From an uncultured Bifidobacteriaceae bacterium (GTDB taxonomy: Bacteria; Verrucomicrobiota; Verrucomicrobiia; Limisphaerales; UBA11358): 64,000 bases of DNA. The DNA lies in NCBI GenBank assembly GCA_964437865.1, contig CAYTJG010000001.1, positions 5,544 through 69,543 of the forward strand. The letters run 5' to 3'. A program made the translations under genes and the position numbers. The notes beneath the pieces were generated by a model. The model was not told the DNA's origin and made no database searches. It was given only the letters and a program-made list of their open reading frames with translations. Every line of letters begins with the position of its first letter. The first letter of the stretch is position 1. Of this stretch, positions 54,676 through 63,826 are shown piece after piece.

Positions 54676-56826
54676 ATGAAACTACTCGAATTCACGAAAC
54701 GTTGGGTGAAGTGCACAGGTATGGGCCGGCTGCTTCTGAAATCTCCGTCTCGCAACCCTATGCAATCTTGGCATTCTGCGCGTTCGTCCCGGGGCATGGG
54801 TGAGCGACCGGCAACCAGACTGCTCTCGGTACTGATGATGGGAGTCACATTCGTTTGTGGGGCGGCGAATTCCACGGGCTATTATTCTGAAGCATTTCGG
54901 CCACAATACCATTTTACGCCGGAGAAGAATTGGATGAATGATCCGAACGGCCTGGTATACTACGAGGGGGAATATCACCTTTTCTACCAGTATAATCCTT
55001 TCGGCGACAAGTGGGGACACATGAGTTGGGGCCACGCGGTAAGTCCGGACATGGTTCACTGGCAGCATCTGCCGCTGGCCTTGCCCGAGGCGGATGGCGT
55101 TATGATCTTCTCAGGCAGCGCGGTGGTGGATTGGAAGAATTCCAGCGGCTTCGGCAAGGACGGGAAGCCGCCGCTGGTGGCCATATATACGGGCTGTCGG
55201 GTGGACAGCGATGGCGTTCAATTTGAATGCATTGCATACAGCAACGACAAAGGACGCACCTGGACAAAATATCCGGGTAATCCTGTTATCAATCTGAATT
55301 CAAAGGATTTTCGCGATCCGAAGGTTCAATGGTACGAACCGACGAAAAGCTGGATTATGACGGTCAGCCTTTCGGCCGAGCACAAAGTTTGTTTCTATGG
55401 TTCGCCGAATCTCAAGGACTGGACGCTCTTGAGCAAGTTCGGTCCGGCGGGTGCCACTTCCGGCGTGTGGGAATGTCCCGATTTATTCCAACTGCCGGTT
55501 ACGGGTACGGATGAAAAACGCTGGGTGCTCGCGGTGAATATCAATCCTGGCAGTATCGCGGGCGGTTCGGGCGGGCAATACTTTATCGGCCAGTTTGACG
55601 GCAAACAATTCACGCCCGACCCTGACTCGTTGCTGAAACCCACTCCGGAGTATGTTCCGCCCGGGAAAGTTATTGCCAACTTTGAGGGCCAGGATTACGG
55701 CGATTGGAAAACCACGGGTGAAGCCTTTGGCCCAGGTCCGGCGCAGGGGCGTTTGGCGGACCAAAACCCCGTGGACGGTTATCTTGGTCATGGCTTGGTC
55801 AACAGCTATTATCACGGCGACGCTACCACGGGGACACTCACTTCGCCGGAGTTTGAAATTACGAAGCCGTTTCTCAATTTCCTGATTGGCGGCGGTTCCC
55901 AAAAGGAAACACGCATGGATCTCATGGTTGGTGGCAGAATTGTGCGGACCGCTTCCGGTTCCGATGCGGAGCGCTTGGCCTGGAGTTCCTGGGACGTGCG
56001 CGAATTTCAGAATAAGAAAGCGATTTTGCAGATTGTGGACAGTGCGACCGGCGGCTGGGGCCACATCAACGTTGATCAAATCATGCTCGCCGATGCACCC
56101 GCTCGTCCTGCTTCCGAATCCGCGTTGTGGTTTGATTACGGCCCGGACTACTATGCCGCCGTTTCCTGGAGCGATATTCCCCAGACCGACGGCCGCCGGC
56201 TTTGGATCGGCTGGATGAGCAATTGGGAATATGGTCAGGACGAGCCCACTTCGCCGTGGCGCAGTGCGATGTCCATTCCACGAGAAGTGGGTTTGCGTCA
56301 TACGACCGAAGGCATCCGGTTGGTGCAGAAGGCGGCGCGGGAGATGAAGACCTTGCGCGGAGAGCATTATCAATTCGAAGGCGGCGGCGTGGCTGAGGCC
56401 AATGCTTGGCTGACGAAAAATCACATTCAAGGCGACCAGCTTGAAATGGAAGCGGACTTCGATCCGCATGCATCCGGAGTGGAAGGCGTAAAAGTTTTGA
56501 AAGGTGCTGGCGAGGAAACGGTTGTCGGGGTGGATCGTGACAAGGGAACCGTGTTTGTGGACCGCGCCCACTCGGGCAACGTGAGCTTTAACCCGAAGTT
56601 TTCCGGCCGGTATGAGGCGCCGTTCGCCGCTCGTGACGGCAAAGTGAAACTGCACATGTTTGTGGATGCATGTTCGGTGGAAGTGTTCGTGAACGACGGT
56701 GAAAAAGTCTTTACCGTTCTGGCTTATCCCACAACCGGCGGTCGCGGCGTGGAATTTTTCGAATCGGAAAAAGGCGCGAAAATCAGTTCCGTTGAGGTTT
56801 GGCGGTTGAAATCAGTTTGGGAATGA
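54676..56826 (+). CDS. GH32 fructan hydrolase (levanase/inulinase-type) with a ~165-aa module inserted between the propeller and C-terminal sandwich domains
   Basis: '[34 protein letters not shown]', 'FRDPKV' and 'WECPDLF' are intact. The inserted segment is ~55630-56125. The start is ambiguous (54676, 54721 or 54796; the last gives the signal peptide 'MGERPATRLLSVLMMGVTFVCGAANS'). Confidence 0.85.
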   Translation: MKLLEFTKRWVKCTGMGRLLLKSPSRNPMQSWHSARSSRGMGERPATRLLSVLMMGVTFVCGAANSTGYYSEAFRPQYHFTPEKNWMNDPNGLVYYEGEYHLFYQYNPFGDKWGHMSWGHAVSPDMVHWQHLPLALPEADGVMIFSGSAVVDWKNSSGFGKDGKPPLVAIYTGCRVDSDGVQFECIAYSNDKGRTWTKYPGNPVINLNSKDFRDPKVQWYEPTKSWIMTVSLSAEHKVCFYGSPNLKDWTLLSKFGPAGATSGVWECPDLFQLPVTGTDEKRWVLAVNINPGSIAGGSGGQYFIGQFDGKQFTPDPDSLLKPTPEYVPPGKVIANFEGQDYGDWKTTGEAFGPGPAQGRLADQNPVDGYLGHGLVNSYYHGDATTGTLTSPEFEITKPFLNFLIGGGSQKETRMDLMVGGRIVRTASGSDAERLAWSSWDVREFQNKKAILQIVDSATGGWGHINVDQIMLADAPARPASESALWFDYGPDYYAAVSWSDIPQTDGRRLWIGWMSNWEYGQDEPTSPWRSAMSIPREVGLRHTTEGIRLVQKAAREMKTLRGEHYQFEGGGVAEANAWLTKNHIQGDQLEMEADFDPHASGVEGVKVLKGAGEETVVGVDRDKGTVFVDRAHSGNVSFNPKFSGRYEAPFAARDGKVKLHMFVDACSVEVFVNDGEKVFTVLAYPTTGGRGVEFFESEKGAKISSVEVWRLKSVWE

Positions 56827-56914
56827 CGGCTGTCCGCGGTATTGATCGCCAGGAACTTCTCCAGAAGTTGAAGTCTGGGTTTGGGAGCAACCGGTCCACA
56901 AGCCGTTGTTTTTA

Positions 56915-59900
56915 ATGAACGCTAGCCAGTTTTGCCAGTGGACGTCGTCCAGTTTCCTCGTCCGCCTCCTGGGCGGTTTAGGGGCTTTAATGCTGGCCGG
57001 GAGTAACCTCTGTGCCCAGGACCTTCTGCTGTCCGATTTTGAGGAAACCAATTATGCCTGGCTGCCCGGCGGGATTTGGTCGGCAACCGGCAATTGTTTT
57101 GGGACCGGTCCAGCGGCAGGCGCGTTGACCAATCAAAATCCCGTCACTGGCTATCTTGGAATTGGTCTGGTAAACACCTTCTTCGGCGGTGACGCTGGCA
57201 CAGGCATGCTGACTTCACCGCCCTTTGCCATTGAACGAAGATACATCAAGTTTCTCGTGGGCGGAGGCAGTTACCGCGGCGAGGGCGGATACGGTGGTGA
57301 GACGCGAATTGACCTTTTGGTGAATGGTCAGGTTGTCCGACATGCGGCTGGCCCGGGGGAATGGGAGCATCTGGATTGGGAGCAGTGGGACGTGAGCCAG
57401 CTACTGGGCCAAACAGCTCAGCTTAGGGTTGTCGATACAGCCACCGGTGGGTGGGGACATCTCAACGTGGATCAGATCGTACAGTCAGATTCATCGCTGG
57501 CTGACGGTGTCATTATTCCAACCAATCGCTTCATAAATTTCCCGGTGAAGTTGAGCAGTCCGTACCGCGAGGTGGCTTTGTTGGTGAATGGCCTGGCCGC
57601 GCAGGAGTTTAAGCTCGCCCTCGGCACATCCACAAATTTTGATTTTTACGCTTTCTTGGATTTGTCGGCTTATCAAAACACGCAGATGATCGTGCGGGTG
57701 GATTCGACCAATGGCCTCCAACTTTCCGATTTTATCCAATCCAAGATGCCGGTGGCGACCGTCCCGATTTACCAGGAGTTGTTGCGGCCGATTTATCATT
57801 TCACGCCCCGCCGCGGATTCAATAACGACCCGAACGGGATGGTCTATTTGAATGGGGAATACCATTTGTGTTATCAGCACAATCCTTACGACGTCGTGGT
57901 GGGCAACCAGAATTGGGGCCAAGCGGTGAGCACGGATTTGGTGCATTGGGTGGAATTGCCCGAAGCGATTTACGGCGATGCGTTGGGGCAGGCCTGGTCC
58001 GGTTCTGCGGTGGTGGACTGGAACAACACGGCCGGGTTTGGTTCCAATGCGATTGTGAGCTTTTATACGAGTGCCGGCGGACATTCCAATAACAACCTGA
58101 TGTCCGAAGGCCAGTTGTTCGGTCAAAGTCTGGCCTACAGTCTGGATGAAGGTCGGACGTGGATAAAATACCCGAACAATCCGGTGGTCCCGAATGTAGT
58201 GGGGGACAATCGTGACCCCAAGGTAATCTGGTATGCGCCGGGCCACAAATGGGTCATGGTATTCTGGCTCCAGAACAACGACTTCGGCTTTTTTTCCTCC
58301 CGTGATCTGATCCATTGGACCCAGACCTCCACTTTCACTTTTCCCAATGTCATTGAGGTGCCGGAATTGTTCCAACTCTCGTTGGACGGAAACACTAACA
58401 ATCAACCTTGGATTTTTTACGCCGGCGCCGGACATTATTATGTGGGCCAGTTTGACGGCAATGCTTTTAGCGCCCGGTTTGGCCCGTTCAGCATTCGTAG
58501 CGGCAATTGCTTTGCCGCCGGCCAGACGTTTAACAACCTTCCGGCTACCGACGGACGACGCATTCTGATCGCAAACGCGACGGGAAACTTCCCCAACATG
58601 CCATTCAACGGCGGCATGGATTTTCCGGTGCAACTGACCTTGCAGACCAGCGGCTCGGCACCGTCGATTTTTGTCAATCCGGTGAATGAAGTGGCATGGT
58701 TGCGGACGAGCACAAATTCCTGGCACCAGCAGACGCTTCAAAGTGGCGTGAACGTCTTATCGAACTTAACTGGTGAGGCTTTTGAATTGGATGCCAAGTT
58801 GAATCCGGGAACGTCCGGCCAAATCAGCTTTGGTTTAGGTGGCACGCTGGTGACTTATGACAGTCAAAGCCAGCAGGTGGATTGTGAAGGAATTACAAAT
58901 GTGCTGCGCCCTAGCAATGGAGCGGTCGAATTGCGCTTCCTGGTGGATCGCGGTTTTCTCGAAATTTATGGTAATGCCGGATTGCTCTATATGCCTATGA
59001 GCGTCAATCCGGTGGCGGGTCCGCAGCCTTTGAGCCTGGTTGCCAGCAGCACGGGGAGCGTTTTGGAGTCGATGAAACTCTATCAGCTCGGCTCGGCGTG
59101 GCCGGGTGCGCCGCCGTATATCATTTCACAACCGGGGCCAGCGGCCACCGTTCCCTTGGGGGGCGGCGCGAGCTTGAATGTGACGGCAACGGGATCGACC
59201 GTGCCTTTGACGTATCAATGGTTCAGCGATGACCAGCCAATTGCGGGGGCGACGAACAGCACCCTGTCAGTGCTGGCCGTACCGGCGACGAATGTGAGTT
59301 ACCACGTCGTGGTGAGCAACGCGGTCGGTTCGGTGACCAGCGCTGTTGCCCCGTTGACCGTGCGGGCACCGTACACGGTGGCGTATTGGCGGATGGAGGG
59401 ACAAATCACCGCGCCGAACAACGCGGGCGTGCCTTCATTTGTCGGCGTGGCGGACTCGGCGACCAATTGGGGCCAGGGTATTTACACAGCGGGCACCTTG
59501 CCGGCGGCGATTGATGATCTGATCACGTTTAATGGCCTGCCTGGCGGAGGGGTGAGTTTGAGCACGAATGTGGCGCCAGCCGGCATGTTTGTGAACGGTC
59601 ATAGTGGTGGGGGCTTTTCGTACAATGCGGAAGCGCTGACCAATGTGGATGGCGCACTGTTCTTTCCGCAGGATCAATATGGGGACGAGCTGGATTTCAC
59701 CGGGCCCTTTTCGGTGGAGTTGTTTTTCAAGACAGACGGCAATCGGAGCGCGGCGGGCATCCAACAATTGATTGCGCAGGGCACGGACACCGGGCAAACG
59801 TTCCGCTACGGCCTCAATGTTAACGAAGCTGGGCCGGGTGGAATCCGGTTTAAGCTCGCGAATAGCGGCCTGGGTCAGACCAACGTGGCGGACGTGACAG

Positions 59901-60430
59901 CCGCCAACTATGCGGACGGGCAGTGGCATTATATGCTGGCGGTGTATGACCCGCTGGGCGGCACCCACGGGCAGTTGCGGCTGACGTTGGTAAATCCGGA
60001 CGGTTCACAAGCCAGTGCAACGAACAACCTGCCGGCGGGTTTTGTGCCGCTGCCGGCGACGGACAATGGAAATCTGTTCGTGGGCCGGAACACCTATCCG
60101 GTGGCAGCGAATCCGGAGACGTTTCTGGGATTGATTGACGAGGTGCAACTGACTGCTGGGGTGGTGTCGGACACCGGGCGAATTGGCCGGGTGCCCGCCG
60201 TGGACAGCCATCCGCGGATCAGCTGCGTTTCCGTAGGGACAAATGGGTTCAATTTTCAGTGGAACGGAGCGGCGGTGAACAGTTTTCTTGTGCAATCGAC
60301 TCCGGAACTTGGTGTGGCATGGCAAACCATTGCCACCCTGCCCAGTGCGGGCAGCCAAAAATTCTATGCCGACTCAAATGTAAACCAAATGATCGGTACG
60401 ACCCGTTTCTACCGAATTGTGTCCCAATAG
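56915..60430 (+). CDS. Multi-domain surface GH32: N-terminal beta-sandwich module, GH32 catalytic and sandwich domains, Ig-like domain, LamG, conserved C-terminal domain
   Basis: Signal peptide 'LLGGLGALMLAGSNLCA'. GH32 motifs 'RPIYHFTPRRGFNNDPNGMVYLNGEYHLCYQHNP', 'NRDPKV' and 'IEVPELF'. Ig-like 'PLTYQWFSDDQPIAGATNSTLSV'. LamG end 'LGLIDEVQLTAGVVSDTG'. The protein ends '...TTRFYRIVSQ'. A TTG at 56906 is an alternative start. Confidence 0.85.
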   Translation: MNASQFCQWTSSSFLVRLLGGLGALMLAGSNLCAQDLLLSDFEETNYAWLPGGIWSATGNCFGTGPAAGALTNQNPVTGYLGIGLVNTFFGGDAGTGMLTSPPFAIERRYIKFLVGGGSYRGEGGYGGETRIDLLVNGQVVRHAAGPGEWEHLDWEQWDVSQLLGQTAQLRVVDTATGGWGHLNVDQIVQSDSSLADGVIIPTNRFINFPVKLSSPYREVALLVNGLAAQEFKLALGTSTNFDFYAFLDLSAYQNTQMIVRVDSTNGLQLSDFIQSKMPVATVPIYQELLRPIYHFTPRRGFNNDPNGMVYLNGEYHLCYQHNPYDVVVGNQNWGQAVSTDLVHWVELPEAIYGDALGQAWSGSAVVDWNNTAGFGSNAIVSFYTSAGGHSNNNLMSEGQLFGQSLAYSLDEGRTWIKYPNNPVVPNVVGDNRDPKVIWYAPGHKWVMVFWLQNNDFGFFSSRDLIHWTQTSTFTFPNVIEVPELFQLSLDGNTNNQPWIFYAGAGHYYVGQFDGNAFSARFGPFSIRSGNCFAAGQTFNNLPATDGRRILIANATGNFPNMPFNGGMDFPVQLTLQTSGSAPSIFVNPVNEVAWLRTSTNSWHQQTLQSGVNVLSNLTGEAFELDAKLNPGTSGQISFGLGGTLVTYDSQSQQVDCEGITNVLRPSNGAVELRFLVDRGFLEIYGNAGLLYMPMSVNPVAGPQPLSLVASSTGSVLESMKLYQLGSAWPGAPPYIISQPGPAATVPLGGGASLNVTATGSTVPLTYQWFSDDQPIAGATNSTLSVLAVPATNVSYHVVVSNAVGSVTSAVAPLTVRAPYTVAYWRMEGQITAPNNAGVPSFVGVADSATNWGQGIYTAGTLPAAIDDLITFNGLPGGGVSLSTNVAPAGMFVNGHSGGGFSYNAEALTNVDGALFFPQDQYGDELDFTGPFSVELFFKTDGNRSAAGIQQLIAQGTDTGQTFRYGLNVNEAGPGGIRFKLANSGLGQTNVADVTAANYADGQWHYMLAVYDPLGGTHGQLRLTLVNPDGSQASATNNLPAGFVPLPATDNGNLFVGRNTYPVAANPETFLGLIDEVQLTAGVVSDTGRIGRVPAVDSHPRISCVSVGTNGFNFQWNGAAVNSFLVQSTPELGVAWQTIATLPSAGSQKFYADSNVNQMIGTTRFYRIVSQ

Positions 60431-60604
60431 ACGACTGATATCAAAACCGCTGCTGTATCCCGGCTTGAATTGCTGGTTGACGCAACCAATACGGGTGACC
60501 AGGAACGCGTGTTCCGGTCGACGATCGTGCAATTGCGGTTTGACGATGAGGACACCATGATCGTTCCATGCAACAGTGAGGGGGGGGCTCGCCGCTTGCG
60601 CAAC

Positions 60605-61606
60605 TCACTTCGTCGCCAGTTTGTCCAGGATCTGAATCGTCGTAGCCGGGCCGAGGTCGGCGGGCGGCGTCCACGCACGCAGGGCCCAGGCGACTTTTTT
60701 GTCCGGCGTCACTTCGATCGCCTGCACTTCCGCAGTGGTGGGATCCACCGGGCCATTCCACTGGTTGAACCAATTGTTGATGAGCGTGTTTCCGTTCGGC
60801 AAGCGCGTGGCCAGCTGCAGACTCGACGTCTTGAAATCCGGTGTGTCCTTCGGTGTCCATTCCCAGACGGTTTCGCCCTGGCGATTCAACTCGCGCACGA
60901 ACCCATGGTTGCTGGCGACGAGGATATTGCCGTTCTTGAGTGGCGTGGCCGACCAGATGCCGGGCACGGGCTGGGACCAAAGCGCCTTGCCCGTCAAATC
61001 GTACTCAACGACTTTGCCCATGTCCATGTGGGCGACCAGCAAGGTGCCCGCGCTCGTCATTCGCGCATGGCGGAAGTGACCGTGCGTGCCTTTGGGATTG
61101 CCCACCGGCAGGATGAATTCATTCTCCACCTGGCCGTTGGCTTTGTTAATAACAATGAATTTGGCTGGATCGCCGTTTTGGATGAACCACACGCTATTGT
61201 TGCCGAACGGCTGCGCGGTGTGAATTTCCGTGTTCGGGGGCGCGTCGTGATTCCAGACCACTTCCTTGCCCGCTGTGATTTCCGTCACGCCGTGCTGGTG
61301 CGCGAATAAAATATCGCCGTTGGGCAGCAACGTCGCGTCGCTGATCTCCCCTTGCGCGGGATGCTTATAGTCCCAAACGATCTTGCCGCCGCGCACTATG
61401 AACATTCGTTCTTCCTTGGCCTCGCCCGCGTAAAAGAAATCGTGTTGCGCCAGGCCACTGCCGGGCAGGACTGCCGGCGCCGACGGGGTGCCGGTGGGGG
61501 CAGCCCGTTGATTTGTGGCCGGCAAATTGGCTGCCTGGGGTTGCGCGAGCGCGGAGCCGGCCAAGAGTGAGGTCAGCAGAATCGTTGACAGGTGGAATTT
61601 GTTCAT
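60605..61606 (-). CDS. Secreted beta-propeller protein (PQQ/BamB-like repeat pattern), function unknown
   Basis: Signal peptide 'MNKFHLSTILLTSLLAGSALA'. Repeated 'G.I.W......G...D...LPNGN.L' units ('GKIVWDYKHP...LLPNGDILFA', 'GKEVVWNH', 'GKALWSQPV...PLKNGNILVA', 'GETVWEWTP...RLPNGNTLIN'). Confidence 0.6.
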   Translation of the reverse strand: MNKFHLSTILLTSLLAGSALAQPQAANLPATNQRAAPTGTPSAPAVLPGSGLAQHDFFYAGEAKEERMFIVRGGKIVWDYKHPAQGEISDATLLPNGDILFAHQHGVTEITAGKEVVWNHDAPPNTEIHTAQPFGNNSVWFIQNGDPAKFIVINKANGQVENEFILPVGNPKGTHGHFRHARMTSAGTLLVAHMDMGKVVEYDLTGKALWSQPVPGIWSATPLKNGNILVASNHGFVRELNRQGETVWEWTPKDTPDFKTSSLQLATRLPNGNTLINNWFNQWNGPVDPTTAEVQAIEVTPDKKVAWALRAWTPPADLGPATTIQILDKLATK

Positions 61607-61825
61607 AATATTGATTTGAGGGGCATAAAATTTTTACAGGTTGGGTTGGCGATCCACCGGCAACTCGGGTGGTGTACGAGACGATTAAGCCGAAAATGGG
61701 GTTGGATGAAAAGGGATGTTTTTTCGCGAGCGCGGGTTCTTTGTTCGTCAGCCGGAATTGTGGACGACTGGCGGAATCGGGGAGTGGAAGCTCGCCTTAG
61801 AATCCAAAGGGTGCCTTTCAACCAC

Positions 61826-63001
61826 TCAATCAAGCTCCTGGCGTGTCCCATCCTGCCGCCAGTGCGCTGGCAAGCGGCCGGTGATTTGCTTGAAAACCAG
61901 ATTCAGTCGGCGGCGATTGTTAAAGCCGCAGTCCTGGGAGATTTCCTTGAGGCTTCGCCGCGGTTCAGCCAGCAACAGGTCTTGCGCAAGACGAATCCTC
62001 TGCTGCACAAGGTAATTATGCGGTGTGCTGCCGATTGTCTCACGAAATCGACGGTCCAGGGTGGCGCGGGAAATCCCGACTTGGTCTGCCACCGTGGCGA
62101 TGGAAATCGGTGCGGCCTGATTCGCCCGGATATATTCCACGGCGCGCGCGACGACGCGATCTTCAATCGCCAAGGTCGCGGTGGATGCCCGCTCGATTAC
62201 GCCCAGCGGTGGCACTTCAATGAACCGCCTGACCGGGTATCGGCCGGACATCATCTGCTCCAAGTGTTCCACGACCAATTGCATCTGTGTTTCATGGTCC
62301 TCCTGCACGGCCGTCAACGGCACGGGACACAACGCGAGTATCTCGCTGTGGAGGCCGATGGACATCACGACCAAGTCGCGCGGAATTTCCAGGCCGGTCT
62401 CGCGGCAGACGTGCATCAGCACCGGCGCATCCCAGTCGTCCATAAAAATCAACGCCGCGGGTGGTTGCAGCCGGCGCACCCACTCGGCAAAACGTTTCCG
62501 TTCCCCGGCGGAAATGGGCTGGCGCAAAAATGGCTTCGGATGACGGAGGTGGAACAAACTGGCCTTCAGGCCTCGCGCTTGAATGGTTTTGAGAAACATT
62601 TTGGCGCGCTTGGGAATGCAGCCGCCCGGCACGATGACGCAGCCGAAACGGCGGAAGCCTTTTTTGAGCAGATATTCCGCGGCGACCCGGCCGAAGGTCT
62701 CGTAATCGTGCCGGACGGTTGGCACGCCTGGGTTGTCCTGCCACGAGGAAACATTGATCAGCGGAAGAGGCGTATTGAGCGCGGCACGCCTCATCGCCGG
62801 GGACAAAATGCGGACAATCGCGCCGTCGAAATTCACCTTGCGGAGGAATTGAAAGGCCTCCACCGTGGCTTCCGCGGCGAAGACAAAGCGCCAGTTGCCC
62901 ATGCGCTCGGCGTAATTGGCGATGGCCACGCTGCCGAAGTTTTGGACCGATTGCACGACCGGCAACCCGATCACCGCGATGCGTCTCAATTTGGCTTTCA
63001 T
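61826..63001 (-). CDS. XylR-like hybrid regulator (periplasmic-binding-protein-type sugar sensor + AraC HTH)
   Basis: An N-terminal PBP-like domain ('RRIAVIGLPVVQSVQNFGSVAIANYAERMGNWRF', 'DGAIVRI') and a C-terminal 'ISIATVADQVGISRATLDRRFRETIGSTPHNYLVQQRIRLAQDLL...LKEISQDCGFNNRRRLNLVFKQITGRLP'. The ORF opens at 63184; ATG 63001 fits the family length. Confidence 0.85.
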   Translation of the reverse strand: MKAKLRRIAVIGLPVVQSVQNFGSVAIANYAERMGNWRFVFAAEATVEAFQFLRKVNFDGAIVRILSPAMRRAALNTPLPLINVSSWQDNPGVPTVRHDYETFGRVAAEYLLKKGFRRFGCVIVPGGCIPKRAKMFLKTIQARGLKASLFHLRHPKPFLRQPISAGERKRFAEWVRRLQPPAALIFMDDWDAPVLMHVCRETGLEIPRDLVVMSIGLHSEILALCPVPLTAVQEDHETQMQLVVEHLEQMMSGRYPVRRFIEVPPLGVIERASTATLAIEDRVVARAVEYIRANQAAPISIATVADQVGISRATLDRRFRETIGSTPHNYLVQQRIRLAQDLLLAEPRRSLKEISQDCGFNNRRRLNLVFKQITGRLPAHWRQDGTRQELD

Positions 63002-63331
63002 CGGGCTTTTCGGCCCCAGAATGGCTGAGTTGCCGGGGAAAGTGAAATTGAAAAATGAACAAAGTCCCGCGCTGCCGGCGCCGGGCAGACTTGCCGGCCA
63101 AGTCGCGGCGGTTTGCCACCAACAGGCCAAGGTAATCCCGGTTTTCCCTGGAAAAAGCGGACCCCGATTGTGAAAAGATGACACCTTTTGCTTTTCTGCT
63201 GTCAGTCAACAATGATGGCTAATAAACATTGGGTCTGGTTGCGTTCTGGATTCGGCATGCGGGCTGAAATGGCCCGTGTTGTTGCGCGCTCACAAATGAT
63301 GTGGCTGGACAAATTAGAAGCAAGATGACAC

Positions 63332-63826
63332 ATGCCTGCTGAAAAAGGTCCGTTCATGGTCTGCCGCAAGACCGGCAAAATTGTGGGTCTCAATCGCAAT
63401 TGCCGCTGGAGTCGGTGGTTTTTCCCCTTGCTCGGAGCGCTGGCACTGACCTGGTATCCGGCGCGAGTTGTTCCCAAACCGTCTCGAGCAAACTATCCCT
63501 GCCAACGGGTGGCGGCGCCGACGGCGCTGGGCGGACTGTCCTGTTTTTTGAGCATGTTCGGACTGGCAACCGCTTTTCGCAAGATGCGCGGGCATTTGCG
63601 TCAGCATCGCTATTTTGTGCCGAATGGAACGCTGGTCATCGACAACAGCGGCGGGCTGACCAAGGCCGAAGGGAAGGGTTTGTGGTGGGTGTGGCCGGAC
63701 CCCCACGATTTGTATGCGCAAGACCACCCGCGAAGCAAAAATGATTTCAAGCTGTGGGACATTATTACGCTCTGGAACTGGAGCAGCGACCTCGGCATCG
63801 TTTTCAAAATCACGCCGAAAGACTGA
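63332..63826 (+). CDS. Hypothetical membrane-associated protein
   Basis: Two hydrophobic segments ('WFFPLLGALALTWYPA', 'LGGLSCFLSMFGLATAF'). No family was recognised. An antisense ORF of similar length exists, so the strand choice is tentative. Confidence 0.3.
   Translation: MPAEKGPFMVCRKTGKIVGLNRNCRWSRWFFPLLGALALTWYPARVVPKPSRANYPCQRVAAPTALGGLSCFLSMFGLATAFRKMRGHLRQHRYFVPNGTLVIDNSGGLTKAEGKGLWWVWPDPHDLYAQDHPRSKNDFKLWDIITLWNWSSDLGIVFKITPKD

Noticed and set aside
61592-63028. A 478-aa ORF on the + strand, one of many long antisense ORFs. Others are 57491-58741(-), 55483-56655(-), 28875-30044(-), 18938-20212(-), 17599-18414(-), 13171-14061(-) and 25640-26392(-).
   Set aside because: Each lies opposite a gene with clear family motifs (XylR-like regulator, GH32, LamG protein, HpnJ, FUSC, sigma factor). 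Their translations are Arg/Gly/Pro/His-rich with no recognisable motifs. These are the typical shadow ORFs of GC-rich coding DNA.
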